DNA of 38,281 bases from Mitosporidium daphniae (GCF_000760515.2 NW_013546389.1:1-38281), one strand, 5' to 3'; shown: positions 10,918-21,578, counted from the stretch's first letter. Numbers and translations are program-made. Notes: a model not told the origin generated them from the sequence alone.

Positions 10918-12416
10918 TGTATAGTTGCTCGGATATCCTCAGCACAGAAACAGTATTTGATGAGGAGGAAGAACCCTTTGAAGGGGAAGAATATTTCGAT
11001 GACTATGTCCCGACTAATGCTGACGAAGATCAATCCTCCATATCATCACATAGATCACTCCACAATTTCTCACCCGCTGAATCATCACTGGCAGCTTCGA
11101 TGACAAAGACAGGTCATGAGGCACAATCCATAGCATCTTCAATTGATCTCAACCATACGCTGCCTTTTTCTGGCAACTCCAACGGGTTGGGCTTTGTCTA
11201 CTCGTCATCCTCTGCCGGCACCGAGGATAATGGTATCCCCATTGCCAATGGGCGCCGAATGGCGAATGTAGGACCTAATGGTGCTTTCATGGCAACATCG
11301 CCCTCACCCTCGTCACCACCTGTATTTTTTTCGCTTCCATCACCGTCTCAATTTAGCCAAGTGCACCAACAATTCTTTGATCAACCACAAAACCATCATC
11401 ATTTGCTTAGAGTATTCTCCTCACCCTCGCAGAATGATTTTGCCACAGATGAAGCTCAAAATTTTGGTTCGCCACCACTGCCTTCCCAATATGAGGCCTC
11501 GCAGATTCCAAACTTTGGAAGAAATAGAGGAGGACCCGACGCGTATCACATTCCTTATCCCCAACATTTGCACGAAGAAGATCATTATAAAGAAGATGAT
11601 AGCTCCTATGTGGATGAGCCTGAGGCTGACCCACGCCATCTCCATGTCCATTCCGATATCAATTTCCACCGAGCCGATAGTGTTCGCCGGTCGCACTCGC
11701 ATATTCCCTATGAGGGCGCATACTCGATTCCATCTTCTTACCGCCATCATCATATGTATCCATCTTCTCCACATTTTGAAGAGTACTATTCCAGCAATAG
11801 CGGCCATAACTCCTCGAACGGCAATGGCACTACATCTGCACCCTCTTCCCCCACCATGTCTGGCACAGCACCTACTCAAAATGCTCCCTCAAAAAAGGAG
11901 AGAAATAGACTTGCTGCAGAACGTTGCCGTAAAAAAAAACAGGACCTAATCTCGTCCCTTTCTCGAGAAAATAAGCTACTTTATCAGGGAAATATTGAGC
12001 TGACGAGAGCAAATCATTATTTGGAGCAGAAGTTAGATTATCTGATCAACATGCTTATTTCGATGGACCCCACACAAGGCGTACTGCTTCAGGACATCCG
12101 CAAAAACGCACCTAGCCCCACCACATGCTTCTACATGGATTCGAGCCTCCCTGCACACTCCGTCTCTATTGAAACATCTAGTTCTCCAACATCTCAATAC
12201 TCCAACTCCTGGGGTTCGTACCCCGGAAACAACAGCCAGATGAACAGTAGATCTGGAGCAGTTTCTGCTTCTCCCATAACGGCTGTTCCGATGCGGTCTT
12301 CTCCTAGCCTTCAATATTTGTCTCATGACTCCATGGGCTATGAATACAAGGCCGATCCAAAGCAGAACATGGGATCCAGTGTGTCGCTTTCACTGGTGCC
12401 CCCGCAACCCAAATAG
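10854..12416 (+). CDS. bZIP transcription factor (ATF/AP-1-like); start may be ATG 10917
   Basis: Basic region KKERNRLAAERCRKKK followed by a heptad zipper (L..L..L..L..L), an acidic N-terminus, and Ser/Pro/His-rich low-complexity regions. Confidence 0.85.
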   Translation: MLQPIARYSVESVFLLLEKVLMYSCSDILSTETVFDEEEEPFEGEEYFDDYVPTNADEDQSSISSHRSLHNFSPAESSLAASMTKTGHEAQSIASSIDLNHTLPFSGNSNGLGFVYSSSSAGTEDNGIPIANGRRMANVGPNGAFMATSPSPSSPPVFFSLPSPSQFSQVHQQFFDQPQNHHHLLRVFSSPSQNDFATDEAQNFGSPPLPSQYEASQIPNFGRNRGGPDAYHIPYPQHLHEEDHYKEDDSSYVDEPEADPRHLHVHSDINFHRADSVRRSHSHIPYEGAYSIPSSYRHHHMYPSSPHFEEYYSSNSGHNSSNGNGTTSAPSSPTMSGTAPTQNAPSKKERNRLAAERCRKKKQDLISSLSRENKLLYQGNIELTRANHYLEQKLDYLINMLISMDPTQGVLLQDIRKNAPSPTTCFYMDSSLPAHSVSIETSSSPTSQYSNSWGSYPGNNSQMNSRSGAVSASPITAVPMRSSPSLQYLSHDSMGYEYKADPKQNMGSSVSLSLVPPQPK

Positions 12417-12449
12417 AGTCCGATAGAGTCCGATAGAGTCCGATAGAGT
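12413..12449. repeat. 10-bp tandem repeat (atagagtccg) x3.7 beginning at the bZIP stop codon
   Basis: atagagtccg atagagtccg atagagtccg atagagt read directly from the sequence. Confidence 0.9.
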
Positions 12450-12818
12450 GTTTTATACACATGCGTTTTTATTAAATTAACCAATAACTTGCAATTGACG
12501 CAGATCCTTTCAAGTTATCTCCTCACGCGTTGATTAGAGATAGAAGAGTTCGATTGCAAGAAAGTTCCGATTTGATATGTTGGTGACGCTGTTTCGTAAC
12601 ACATCGCCCACGCGTAGTGCTTTTGCGGTCTTTTGAATGCCGCACGTTGGCCATTTCGCGATGGTTTTCCCAATTCGCCGGTTGCCTGCCAATGCCAACG
12701 TTTAAACTTTAGCTTGCAGCTGATAATTTAAATGTAATTTTTGCCAGTGGGTTTTGATTGGCCATCAGCAGATTTTGCAGCTGTTTGCCAGCCGAGCCCA
12801 GCGCAGCGCAGCATCAAG

Positions 12819-13096
12819 ATGAGAGACCAGACCCAACTGTTGGGCTACATACTGCTCGCGTCTTCGTTCTTCTTTTTCTCCATAAGCATATACATTTTAT
12901 TACTCTCCAAAATCCCGCTTTTTAGGCATGCATCGGAACCATGGGTAAATTGATGATAATAAAATCTTTACATTAGTGGGCCACGGCCATCAGCTCTGAT
13001 CGCTATTATTGCCTGCTGGTGTTTCTTACGCTGCCGATCAGTGTGTTCTTTATCTTTTTCAACTGGCTTGGCCTAAAATATTTCAGACATAATTAA
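12819..13096 (+). CDS. GPI-GlcNAc transferase subunit PIG-Y family protein, 81 aa (exons 12819-12944, 12977-13096)
   Basis: A 32-nt intron at 12945-12976 joins a TM segment to WATAISSDRYYCLLVFLTLPISVFFIFFNWLGLKYFRHN. D.YY.LL.....P...NWLG.K.FRHN is the PIG-Y family C-terminal signature. Confidence 0.85.
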
Positions 13097-13124
13097 ATAA
13101 AGATCTCGGGGCAATAAATGGTTG

Positions 13125-15194
13125 TCACCGCGGGCCCTTGCGCTTCTCGCGCTGCTCGAGCCGCTGGATGGATTCAATATACATTTGAAGCTTGCGCTCC
13201 TCCCTGCTCAAGGAAAGGGTATTTGTGGCAGAAGACGTTGGGGATAGCGGTGAAACCGGACTCAAAATAGCTGTTCTCTTCTTGCCCATTTTGGATCGGC
13301 CATGACGAGAAGATGAAACCGAAGAGGGAGAAGATGCTGATGATGAAGACAAGTTTCTTTTCGATGACGCTTGTGGAGATTCTTTCGTCGATGGCAATGA
13401 GGAGGTGGAGGTCGTTATGGCAGGTGGAGGCGGCAATGACGACGAATTTGGTGCCTCGCCACACGTTAAAACAGGCATCGAGCATGAGGGATCTAGGCAG
13501 GAGCGGCTATGGCCCGTATGGGGCCCTGGACAAGGTGCAGAACAAAATCCGTTACTATCCAAAGGGAGCATAAGCTCGTCAATGCCGGGTCTTATTCGGT
13601 CCACACTAAATATCCCAATTGAGAACGTTGCAATTGCCAATGAATCGGGATCGGCTTCGTTGATGTTCTCTTGAGCCTTTTCAGGGTCCTCCTTATAATG
13701 GGAGACATGAGATCCTCCCGTCACAAAGATGCCCCGCATGGCCACATTTGGGCGGCATGAGCGCCGAATAAATCTTGCCATATTTCCCGCCTTTCTGGCA
13801 TCAACAACAAGAGGAAGCGTAGGGTGAAAGAACAAAAAATACTGAAGAATTCGAGATGCCGCTTTGTCATCCTTGGAGGAGCCAAATTCTTCGGCAAGTG
13901 CAGAGCGAGTTAAAAGCGTTCCCGTCAGCATTGTGATAAAGGAGCCCGGCAACAATGGCCGGCTGCCTTCGGCGGCGTCATCCTCGGTGAGAAACACACC
14001 GATAGATTTGGTGCCCGTATTTGGAGCCTTAAATTCGCGGGTGAAAAGTCGAAGAGACCTTGGCCTCTCTTCCATTCCAAAAGACCAAAACGAGCAGTTT
14101 AGAGAAAATTCCTTCATTAAAAGTGCAAGAATCGATCCGGGCTTGTTCTTTTCCGTTTCGTTAGAAATCAAGCGAGGAATGGTCGCAAGAACGGCTGGGA
14201 CTCCATTTGGAATTCTGTGATTAGACTGCCGCTTGGAGAGAGCGGATGCATAAAAGACTTTCCAAGCGTGGTGAATGAGGCTCCTAGCATCATTACTGAT
14301 CCTTAAATGATCGGCCGGAATGTAGGAAATAGAAGAGGGAACTCTTTCTACACTAGTTGGCTCACTAAAAGAAGGAGGAAGGGTCTCTTTCGATAAAAGA
14401 ACGGGAACAAGACCAGATTCAAGCGAGAGATTTTGTTTCAAGATCTTTGGCTTTCTTCCCCGTTTTGAGGATGAAGAAGAGGCAGAGGACAAAAGTGGTG
14501 GTGTAATCCTTGGAAAGTGCGGTGCCAAAGTATGGGACATCATTTCTGCCTGTTTGGGAGTGGCCAAAGAAGATCCCCCTCCAGATATGAACCCTTGGCT
14601 CTTAATGGCAGGAAGCAAAGTTGGGAGAGAAGGGCGGATTTGTGTGTGGGATTTAAAGGAAGTTGAGGATCTGACCAGCTCTGGAGAGAGCGAGGGTGAA
14701 CTTTTATCAATTACTATTTCGCCTCCCAAGCCATCGGAGATTGGCTCTTCAAGAGCAATCGAAAGCGATTTTTGCTGCAAAGGCGAAATGACAATACATC
14801 GAGCACACAAAAATGGGCCTTGTGATTCCCCGGCCCCAACGCACCGAGCATGCTGGAATATGGCGCATCTGGAGCACTCAATAAGGCCTGAAGATGGGAG
14901 GGAATCGAAAAAGGGCTCGTTACAAATGCACCGGAAATCAGAAAACGAAACCGAGGAAGATCGCTTGGCGATCTTGTTTGGGGACTGCGTTGTTTCAGTT
15001 ATCTCAAGAGGGGATTCATCTTCCTCCATTACAAAAATCTTATTTAATTGCTCATCCGCAGGCTGGTCTGTGATGACGATTTTTTCCTCCGAAATTTCGC
15101 CGTCGCTGGCGTTTTCTGTTCCTCCCGCAGACGTTGCAATGGGCAGCTCCTCCTGCAAAAGAGGTAATGGTTGATCATCGTGATGCCCATGCAT
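13125..15194 (-). CDS. SET3: Set3/MLL5-like PHD finger and SET domain protein
   Basis: PHD finger (CIC..IECSRC..FQHARC..FLCARC) and a SET domain with DARKAGNMARFIRRSCRPN. The RRSC variant typifies the catalytically inactive Set3/MLL5 clade. C-terminal LSREERKLQ motif. Confidence 0.85.
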   Translation of the reverse strand: MHGHHDDQPLPLLQEELPIATSAGGTENASDGEISEEKIVITDQPADEQLNKIFVMEEDESPLEITETTQSPNKIAKRSSSVSFSDFRCICNEPFFDSLPSSGLIECSRCAIFQHARCVGAGESQGPFLCARCIVISPLQQKSLSIALEEPISDGLGGEIVIDKSSPSLSPELVRSSTSFKSHTQIRPSLPTLLPAIKSQGFISGGGSSLATPKQAEMMSHTLAPHFPRITPPLLSSASSSSSKRGRKPKILKQNLSLESGLVPVLLSKETLPPSFSEPTSVERVPSSISYIPADHLRISNDARSLIHHAWKVFYASALSKRQSNHRIPNGVPAVLATIPRLISNETEKNKPGSILALLMKEFSLNCSFWSFGMEERPRSLRLFTREFKAPNTGTKSIGVFLTEDDAAEGSRPLLPGSFITMLTGTLLTRSALAEEFGSSKDDKAASRILQYFLFFHPTLPLVVDARKAGNMARFIRRSCRPNVAMRGIFVTGGSHVSHYKEDPEKAQENINEADPDSLAIATFSIGIFSVDRIRPGIDELMLPLDSNGFCSAPCPGPHTGHSRSCLDPSCSMPVLTCGEAPNSSSLPPPPAITTSTSSLPSTKESPQASSKRNLSSSSASSPSSVSSSRHGRSKMGKKRTAILSPVSPLSPTSSATNTLSLSREERKLQMYIESIQRLEQREKRKGPR

Positions 15195-15242
15195 CTTTAT
15201 GGAATTAGCAAAAAATCGAAGTTTAATTTTATTTACAGGTTT

Positions 15243-15857
15243 TTAAAACATGGGGAAAAAATCCTTCAGCTGGCTCGGGCAGCAATATTTAAGTACATGC
15301 ATTAGACACTCTCGCTCGATTTTTTTCATCTCCGGCAGGGCCATTATTTTCATAAGCTCGAATTTGAAAATTCCCCAAAAATTTTGAATGTTCTCTTCAT
15401 CCTTGCTGAGCGGCATCGATGTTTGTTCGTTTTGGGGCGGTGCAAATTCAGCCTCTTCGGAGGTGGCAGATTTTGAGCAGATTTTTGAGTGCAAATCCTG
15501 CAGAGAGACCAGTGAGTTTGAATATATCGTATGGCTGGGCGAAGAGGGTGCCCAGAGATTCATACACCACATGTTTCCGCCCTTTGGTGTTGTTGTGGAG
15601 TCCGCACTGGACCGAGCGGCTTCAACATTTCCGACACCCGTATCTCCACTTACTTTCCACGAAATTTCCTCAGAGCCCGGGAGGTTTGTCAGCGTGATGA
15701 CGCCATTTGCATAGCATGCCCTGTTGTACTGTGGGAATGTTGTTCCGTCAATAGTGAATTTTCCGTTGCTGCAAAAGGCCTTTTTTGCAGAAATACCAGG
15801 CGCCATCAGCACAATTGTGATCAGGATAGCCATGATTGCAATACATATCGTCTTCAT
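15243..15857 (-). CDS. Orphan protein with predicted signal peptide
   Basis: ATG at 15857 gives MKTICIAIMAILITIVLMAPGISA (signal-peptide-like), followed by a region with several Cys. No family recognised. Confidence 0.65.
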   Translation of the reverse strand: MKTICIAIMAILITIVLMAPGISAKKAFCSNGKFTIDGTTFPQYNRACYANGVITLTNLPGSEEISWKVSGDTGVGNVEAARSSADSTTTPKGGNMWCMNLWAPSSPSHTIYSNSLVSLQDLHSKICSKSATSEEAEFAPPQNEQTSMPLSKDEENIQNFWGIFKFELMKIMALPEMKKIERECLMHVLKYCCPSQLKDFFPMF

Positions 15858-15969
15858 TTTGACCTTCGTGTGGGAGAGAACTCTTCTGTGAAATATAAGC
15901 ATTTGTCGCGTCCATACACTACAGGAGCGTGCAACCATTGGCTGGTGGAGTTGCCAATAAACCGTTCGA

Positions 15970-17075
15970 TTATTTAATTTCCAATTTTACAAAAATAAAA
16001 ATTTCAATTATTCCCATTAGGATTTCGATTGCAATTAAAATGATCACAATCCATTCTAGAAATTCGCCATGCAGGGTGCTCAGATGCTGTCGTAACATGT
16101 CCAGAAGATCGGAGATCACCAACATCCGCTGGTTGAGGACTTCTATGCGCTGTGGAATTTCCAAATAAGACCTGGCGGCCTTGTAAAGACCCTCCCATTG
16201 CACTTGTGTTCAGAAAATCTCCGGTGTGTCCAGGATATTTGATATCAGATTCAACTGCATTCTTAACATAAACAGCTCCCCGATTTTCTTGTTTACCTCT
16301 CGTTTAGACGCTTTTGTAGAGGAGAGATGCCCAAGTTGGGCTAGTTGCATTGGAAACTGCCACGTGGTATCGAGGGCCTCGGAAAGTCTTTCTTCATACA
16401 CGGCCAATTTAACAGATTGAGCCAAAGCATGGCTAATTGCAAGTCTAACAGAGAAATCATCAACTCTGATCACTATGACGTCCCCATATACTCTTCCGGT
16501 TGTCGAATATGATTCGTCAATGTAATAATGCAATACTTCTTCCTGAGGTGTGCTTTGTCTGGGGAACAAATCTTCTTTTTGAAATCGAGGCTTTCCAAGA
16601 ACATCGACCACACTCCTTTCTAGCTTTTCGGAAAGCCCCCAAAACACAACAACACCATATTCAAAAACCAGGACCGAAGGTGGGCATTGGCTAGATGTTA
16701 ATCTCAGAGATGATTGTTCAGCGGCTTCTTTTAATTTGAAATCTCCCCAAGGCACTTGAATGCCCAAGGCCTGAAGGGATGATGCAGAGACGCTAAAATA
16801 TATGACTTCATCGCAAATCTGATACGATTCTGGAAATCCTTTCAGTGCAGATGCAACGGAGCTGATGGAATATTCCTACAATCAAAAATCCCACTTACTC
16901 CTCCCTTGCAGCAATATGCGGCAACTCGTCGTAAGCTTGATGGATCGTATTGCAATCCATATGCATCGTTGATCAAAGGTGTTGATTCAGAAACTGGGAA
17001 AACGACCAGTTTTGCAGAGCTTTTAGTCGTGCGACGGGAAAAGCTTGTCAAGTTTGGATTTTCCGGAGAACTCAT
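15970..17075 (-). CDS. RMD1: RMD1/Sif2 (DUF155) family protein with one intron and an in-frame TGA at 16210-16212
   Basis: RVAAYC, intron 16876-16898 (23 nt), VFEYGVVVFWG, LAISHALAQSVKL, KKIGELFMLR.LNL..ILDTPEIF*, then in the same frame LY...RSYLEIPQRIEVLNQR..ISDLL and LEWIVIILIAIEI. Confidence 0.85.
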
Positions 17076-18034
17076 TATGATGGCGAATATAGAAAAGGGA
17101 AAAGGGTAGACACTGTTTTTCAACTAATAAACTCTTGTCGGCCAATGACGGCAAAGTTATTGGCTGGCAAAATATTTAATATTTAATGCACATTTGCATC
17201 TAGTCGGCACTGATTTTGCTCAACCCAACCCTAACCCCTCTGTTGCGGATGTTACAGTTACCACCGGCACATGCAAGGCGTCTTTAAGCGCCTTGCATGG
17301 TGCAATTTTGCGCTGGTACTTCAGCCTCTCTTTTCGTTGTGGACACATGTACCCAGCAAGCCTAAAATATATCGAGCCATTTGGTGATTGCACCACAGCT
17401 TTACAGATGGCAGTAAATATCGCTGTGGAGATCAGAAAAATTTAGGTCAAATTATGGATGAGGCCATATGTGATACACACAGAATCCAGAGCGGTAGGAG
17501 ATATTCTCGCCATTTGTATAAACAAAAACAACCTCGTTTACAATGACAAGCATTTCGCACGGAAAGCCCCGTACACGTCGATTGGCTCTGAAGTTAACAA
17601 AGTTTCGCTACCTCTCAACCCTAACAAGAGTATTATATGTCGTTCTGGATGTAAATCTTGATGTGTTCTTTTTTCAGGCCATTTTTAGATATTGGGAAGC
17701 TTTTGGCCATGAGATAGTGATTCTTAATTTTCTTGCAGAGAAAAGTGGGTGCTCCCTTGTGGATTTAAGGTCCAAAGCTTTGAGATATTAAATATGTGGA
17801 GTTGAATGCCCTTGAATGCCGTTGCAAGTGCCAGAGTCAGCGCCGTGTCCTATTTTAGGGTTAGGCTTTTAAATTTTAAGGGTGGCGATCTGGTGTAGTC
17901 GGTCGTCAACCAAACAATTAATTTGAGTAACAAACAATTTACATATGCACGGCTAGGTGTGTTGTGGGCACTTCATAAACTTGGGGCTAGTCCACATTAT
18001 AATGTAAAAATTGCGTGCTTTAATTTTCCGATTA

Positions 18035-21000
18035 ATGCATGAGTTTTTTACATGCTCTCATGGAATCCTTACATGCCACAATTTCAACAATTCGCTTTTG
18101 ATCAGTGGCGATCATCGATACAAAGAGGCCCAATCTTCAAATTTTGGTTTGTGTGTTGTCAAAGTTTCGTCGCAATTTTGTTGGCATTCATCCCACTATC
18201 ATCAAAAAGTCCAAGCCCAGTACAAGCAGCTTCAAAATTTACGAGATGCAATCCCATCAGACTGTGACGAGGATATCGTTGATTTCAATAAAGAAATATT
18301 TGCCCATCTCAATTTGCACGATGACGAGGATGAAAGCCCCCTGTTTGCTGGATTCACTCACTCGTTTAAGCAAAAGTTGGATTCTCTGCGGCGTTCGCTC
18401 TCTTTTTTCCAATCTCCCTCGTTCCATGCCCTATTTCAGAGACGTCGCTGGAGCAACTGGGCGCAATCTACCATTCATTCGTACACCTCCCATTTTCGCT
18501 GGAAAAAGCCTTCTCGAACGGTTCCCACCATCGACAAGAGTAAAATCGAGTCCCGATCTTATGCTCTTTCTGCTGCCTTTATTTTGCCGCTGATCACGTT
18601 TTCGCATACGCCCACCATCGAGCAAGAGGTGCGGAATTTCTGGCGAAATTGGCCGTGGATTTTTTCCGCAAAAAAGACCAAATGGATCCCACCAATCCCC
18701 CTTCTTTCTGCCCTATTTGAAATAACAGTTCCAGCATCAGACGATCTGGAAGTGTCTCCCACCACGGCAACCACTTTTGAGGTCAAAATTTGCTATGGAG
18801 ATAAACAGAAGCTCACTTGGAACATCCAAAGGAGGTTTATTGATTTCCTTAAATTACATGCACTTCTTACGCTGCGGCAGTTCCAGGGACATGTTGGGGT
18901 TCTTCCGCCGTTTCCATTTCATGTTGCTTATGCGTTCAAAGAGCATCATGTCAGCTGGTCTTCCAAATCGGGCAATATGCCATCAACTCCCAGTTCCTTT
19001 GCCATTGCAAGAAGGGCTGCTTTGGAATCATACCTTCAGGCTCTTGCTAAGGTCCTTCATTTGAAACCATCTTCAATTGTGGAGTTTGCCGAGTTTTTGG
19101 AAATCTCTTCCTTTACATTGCTAGGCCTTAAGGCCACAAATGTCAAAACAAAGGATAAGGAAGGCTATTTAAAGGTAAACACACGGGACACCATCGATGC
19201 TTCCATTGGCGCTTCATCCTCGATGGGGGGAGTCTTTTCTTGGGTACCTCGATTTTTTTCCAAATTTTCATCTTGGCCTTTGTTTGCAGGGGAAAGACGC
19301 TGGGTTCATATTAGCTGTTCCGACAGGGTGCTGGTGATTTTGGAGGACATCACATCTCGCACTCCGTTACGGGTTTTGTTTATCGATAACCAGGAAGCTT
19401 CGTCCTTTTCCTTTGAAAGGGTCCAAATCGGAACGCTTTCCATCAAGCCGTCTTCTTTCAGTTCTGCGTCTCTTGTTTCGTTTACGGCTTGGAATACGAG
19501 GCACCAATTTTCGGCCATCGTGGCTGGAGCCCCCTTTTCGCAGTGGATCCCCTCCTTTGCAAGACTTGCTTTGCCTTCAAAGCAGGATGCCTTGTTTTCG
19601 AAACAGCATGTCAATTGGTTCATCGATGCTGCATCTTATTTTTCCTCGCTGGCAGATGTTCTTGAATCGGCCCAGAAGGAAATATTTATCATGGGGTGGT
19701 GGCTTTCGCCCGAGCTTTATCTTAAAAGACCGGCTGAGAAGTATCCCGAATCTAGACTCGATTTGCTGCTCAAGAGAAAGGCAGATTCGGGCGTTTTGAT
19801 TTACATTCTGATTTTTAAAGAGTGGTCTTTTGCTTTGTATTTGAATTCCCGCCACACAAAAGAGGCGCTTGAAACCCTGTCGCCAAGAATAATGGTCCAA
19901 AGACATCCGGATCATCTACCGCCTTCCTATTGGGCCCACCACGAAAAACTGGTCATCGTGGATGGCAAAGTTGCCTTTTTGGGGGGAATTGATCTTTGTT
20001 TTGGAAGATATGACGACCAAAACCATCTTTTAAGTGAAAGTAAGTTTTTGTCTTCTCGTTTTGAGGGCTCTTCCTCGGCTTCGCTTCTTTTGGATGAGAA
20101 AAAGCCGATTGCGAGCATTGAGCAGACATCATGGTCATTCTCTTCACTGTTTATAGCCACAGGTAAAGAAAATCCAGTCCTCAAAGCTTCAATGCCAAAT
20201 GGGCTCGCATCGCCTGGCTGTCTCCTAGACAGAAGCGAGTCCACTAACTGGGTCGGACAGGATTATTACAATCCAAGGTTCTGCGACTTTAGAAACGTCC
20301 ATCGACACATGGCCACTCTTGTTGATAGGTCTCGTGTTCCCAGAATGCCTTGGCATGATGTGCATCTTCAGTTGGAAGGCTCTACCGTTCCCCTCTTGCT
20401 GCATCGCTTTTTTTGTGAGCGGTGGAACTTTGTCAAGTGGACAAAGTCCATGCATCGGTCCGACGAGCTTCCTTGGCTGCTTCCCTTAGCAAAAGGCCCA
20501 GCTGACCCTGCACTTGGCACATGCAAAGTTTCGCTATTGCTTTCGCGCGGCGCGTGGAGCGCAGGAACTTTGATGCCAGATCACTCCATTCTTGATGCCT
20601 ATTTAAATTTGATTGAAGAATCCCAGAGCTATATTTACATTGAAAACCAATTCTTTATCTCCAGTTGCGTTGAAAATCCATACGCCGAACCATGGGAGCA
20701 AGGCATGGCAGAGCCACAGCCTATCAACCGAATAGCTGCTGCCATCGCCAGAAGGATCGAAAAGGCTCATTTTGGTGGAGACTCTTCATTTAGGGTCATC
20801 ATTGTGACGCCACTTTTGCCGGCCTTTGAATTTGATCTTTACATGAACTCTGCAGCTTCGTTTAGAATCATTTTGAATGCCCAGCTGAAAACGATGAGGG
20901 CCCTGCGGGAACGGCTTGCATCTTTAAATATCCCAATCGATAAACACTTGAGCATTTTTGCGCTGAGGACAACCGGGTTTTTGGGAGAAGACAGGGTGTG

Positions 21001-21493
21001 TGAGCAGATCTATGTTCACTCCAAGGTGTTCATTGTCGATGACAGGAAGGCTATCGTTGGCTCTCCAAACATCAATGACCGTTCGATGTTGGGGTTCCGA
21101 GACTCTGAAATTGCCCTCCTTATTGAGGACGAGCACCGAGTAAAGGAGCTTTTTGTGGGCCTGCTTTCCGAGCATTTGGGTGAGCATTTTAGTTCCATCA
21201 CACTCAACGACGATTTCTTTTATCATCAAATCCTGCGAGCAACGGCAGAAAAAAATACCCTATTCTATCGCAGCCATTTTTCCGCCCTTCCAGACGACAC
21301 GGTTACCACCTGGTCCGAATACAAAGCCTTTGTAGAACGACAACAAGCCCTTCTCAAATCACCTACGGATGAAGGCAACATAGTAAAGGGGGCCCTCGTC
21401 TTTTTCCCCGTTAATTTTTTGGCATCGGAGGATCTTTCTGCAATTAGCTGGCGCTCGCCAGAATATCTTTTGCCTTTTGAGGTTTTCTCTTGA
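18035..21493 (+). CDS. SPO14: Phospholipase D (Spo14/PLD1 type; PX-PH plus two HKD motifs); start uncertain
   Basis: PX-like W.IQRRF.DF.KLH and RR..LESYL. Also WWLSPELYLKRP, HHEKLVIVD, FLGGIDLCFGRYD, PRMPWHD, IYIENQFF and YVHSKVFIVDD..GSPNINDRS..RDSE. Confidence 0.95.
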   Translation: MHEFFTCSHGILTCHNFNNSLLISGDHRYKEAQSSNFGLCVVKVSSQFCWHSSHYHQKVQAQYKQLQNLRDAIPSDCDEDIVDFNKEIFAHLNLHDDEDESPLFAGFTHSFKQKLDSLRRSLSFFQSPSFHALFQRRRWSNWAQSTIHSYTSHFRWKKPSRTVPTIDKSKIESRSYALSAAFILPLITFSHTPTIEQEVRNFWRNWPWIFSAKKTKWIPPIPLLSALFEITVPASDDLEVSPTTATTFEVKICYGDKQKLTWNIQRRFIDFLKLHALLTLRQFQGHVGVLPPFPFHVAYAFKEHHVSWSSKSGNMPSTPSSFAIARRAALESYLQALAKVLHLKPSSIVEFAEFLEISSFTLLGLKATNVKTKDKEGYLKVNTRDTIDASIGASSSMGGVFSWVPRFFSKFSSWPLFAGERRWVHISCSDRVLVILEDITSRTPLRVLFIDNQEASSFSFERVQIGTLSIKPSSFSSASLVSFTAWNTRHQFSAIVAGAPFSQWIPSFARLALPSKQDALFSKQHVNWFIDAASYFSSLADVLESAQKEIFIMGWWLSPELYLKRPAEKYPESRLDLLLKRKADSGVLIYILIFKEWSFALYLNSRHTKEALETLSPRIMVQRHPDHLPPSYWAHHEKLVIVDGKVAFLGGIDLCFGRYDDQNHLLSESKFLSSRFEGSSSASLLLDEKKPIASIEQTSWSFSSLFIATGKENPVLKASMPNGLASPGCLLDRSESTNWVGQDYYNPRFCDFRNVHRHMATLVDRSRVPRMPWHDVHLQLEGSTVPLLLHRFFCERWNFVKWTKSMHRSDELPWLLPLAKGPADPALGTCKVSLLLSRGAWSAGTLMPDHSILDAYLNLIEESQSYIYIENQFFISSCVENPYAEPWEQGMAEPQPINRIAAAIARRIEKAHFGGDSSFRVIIVTPLLPAFEFDLYMNSAASFRIILNAQLKTMRALRERLASLNIPIDKHLSIFALRTTGFLGEDRVCEQIYVHSKVFIVDDRKAIVGSPNINDRSMLGFRDSEIALLIEDEHRVKELFVGLLSEHLGEHFSSITLNDDFFYHQILRATAEKNTLFYRSHFSALPDDTVTTWSEYKAFVERQQALLKSPTDEGNIVKGALVFFPVNFLASEDLSAISWRSPEYLLPFEVFS

Positions 21494-21578
21494 GAATATG
21501 GTGCACATTTCCATTTCTTGACTACGGGCAGACACCAGGTGGGCACGCGGGCGCATTGTCATTGTAATGTTAAAGTTC

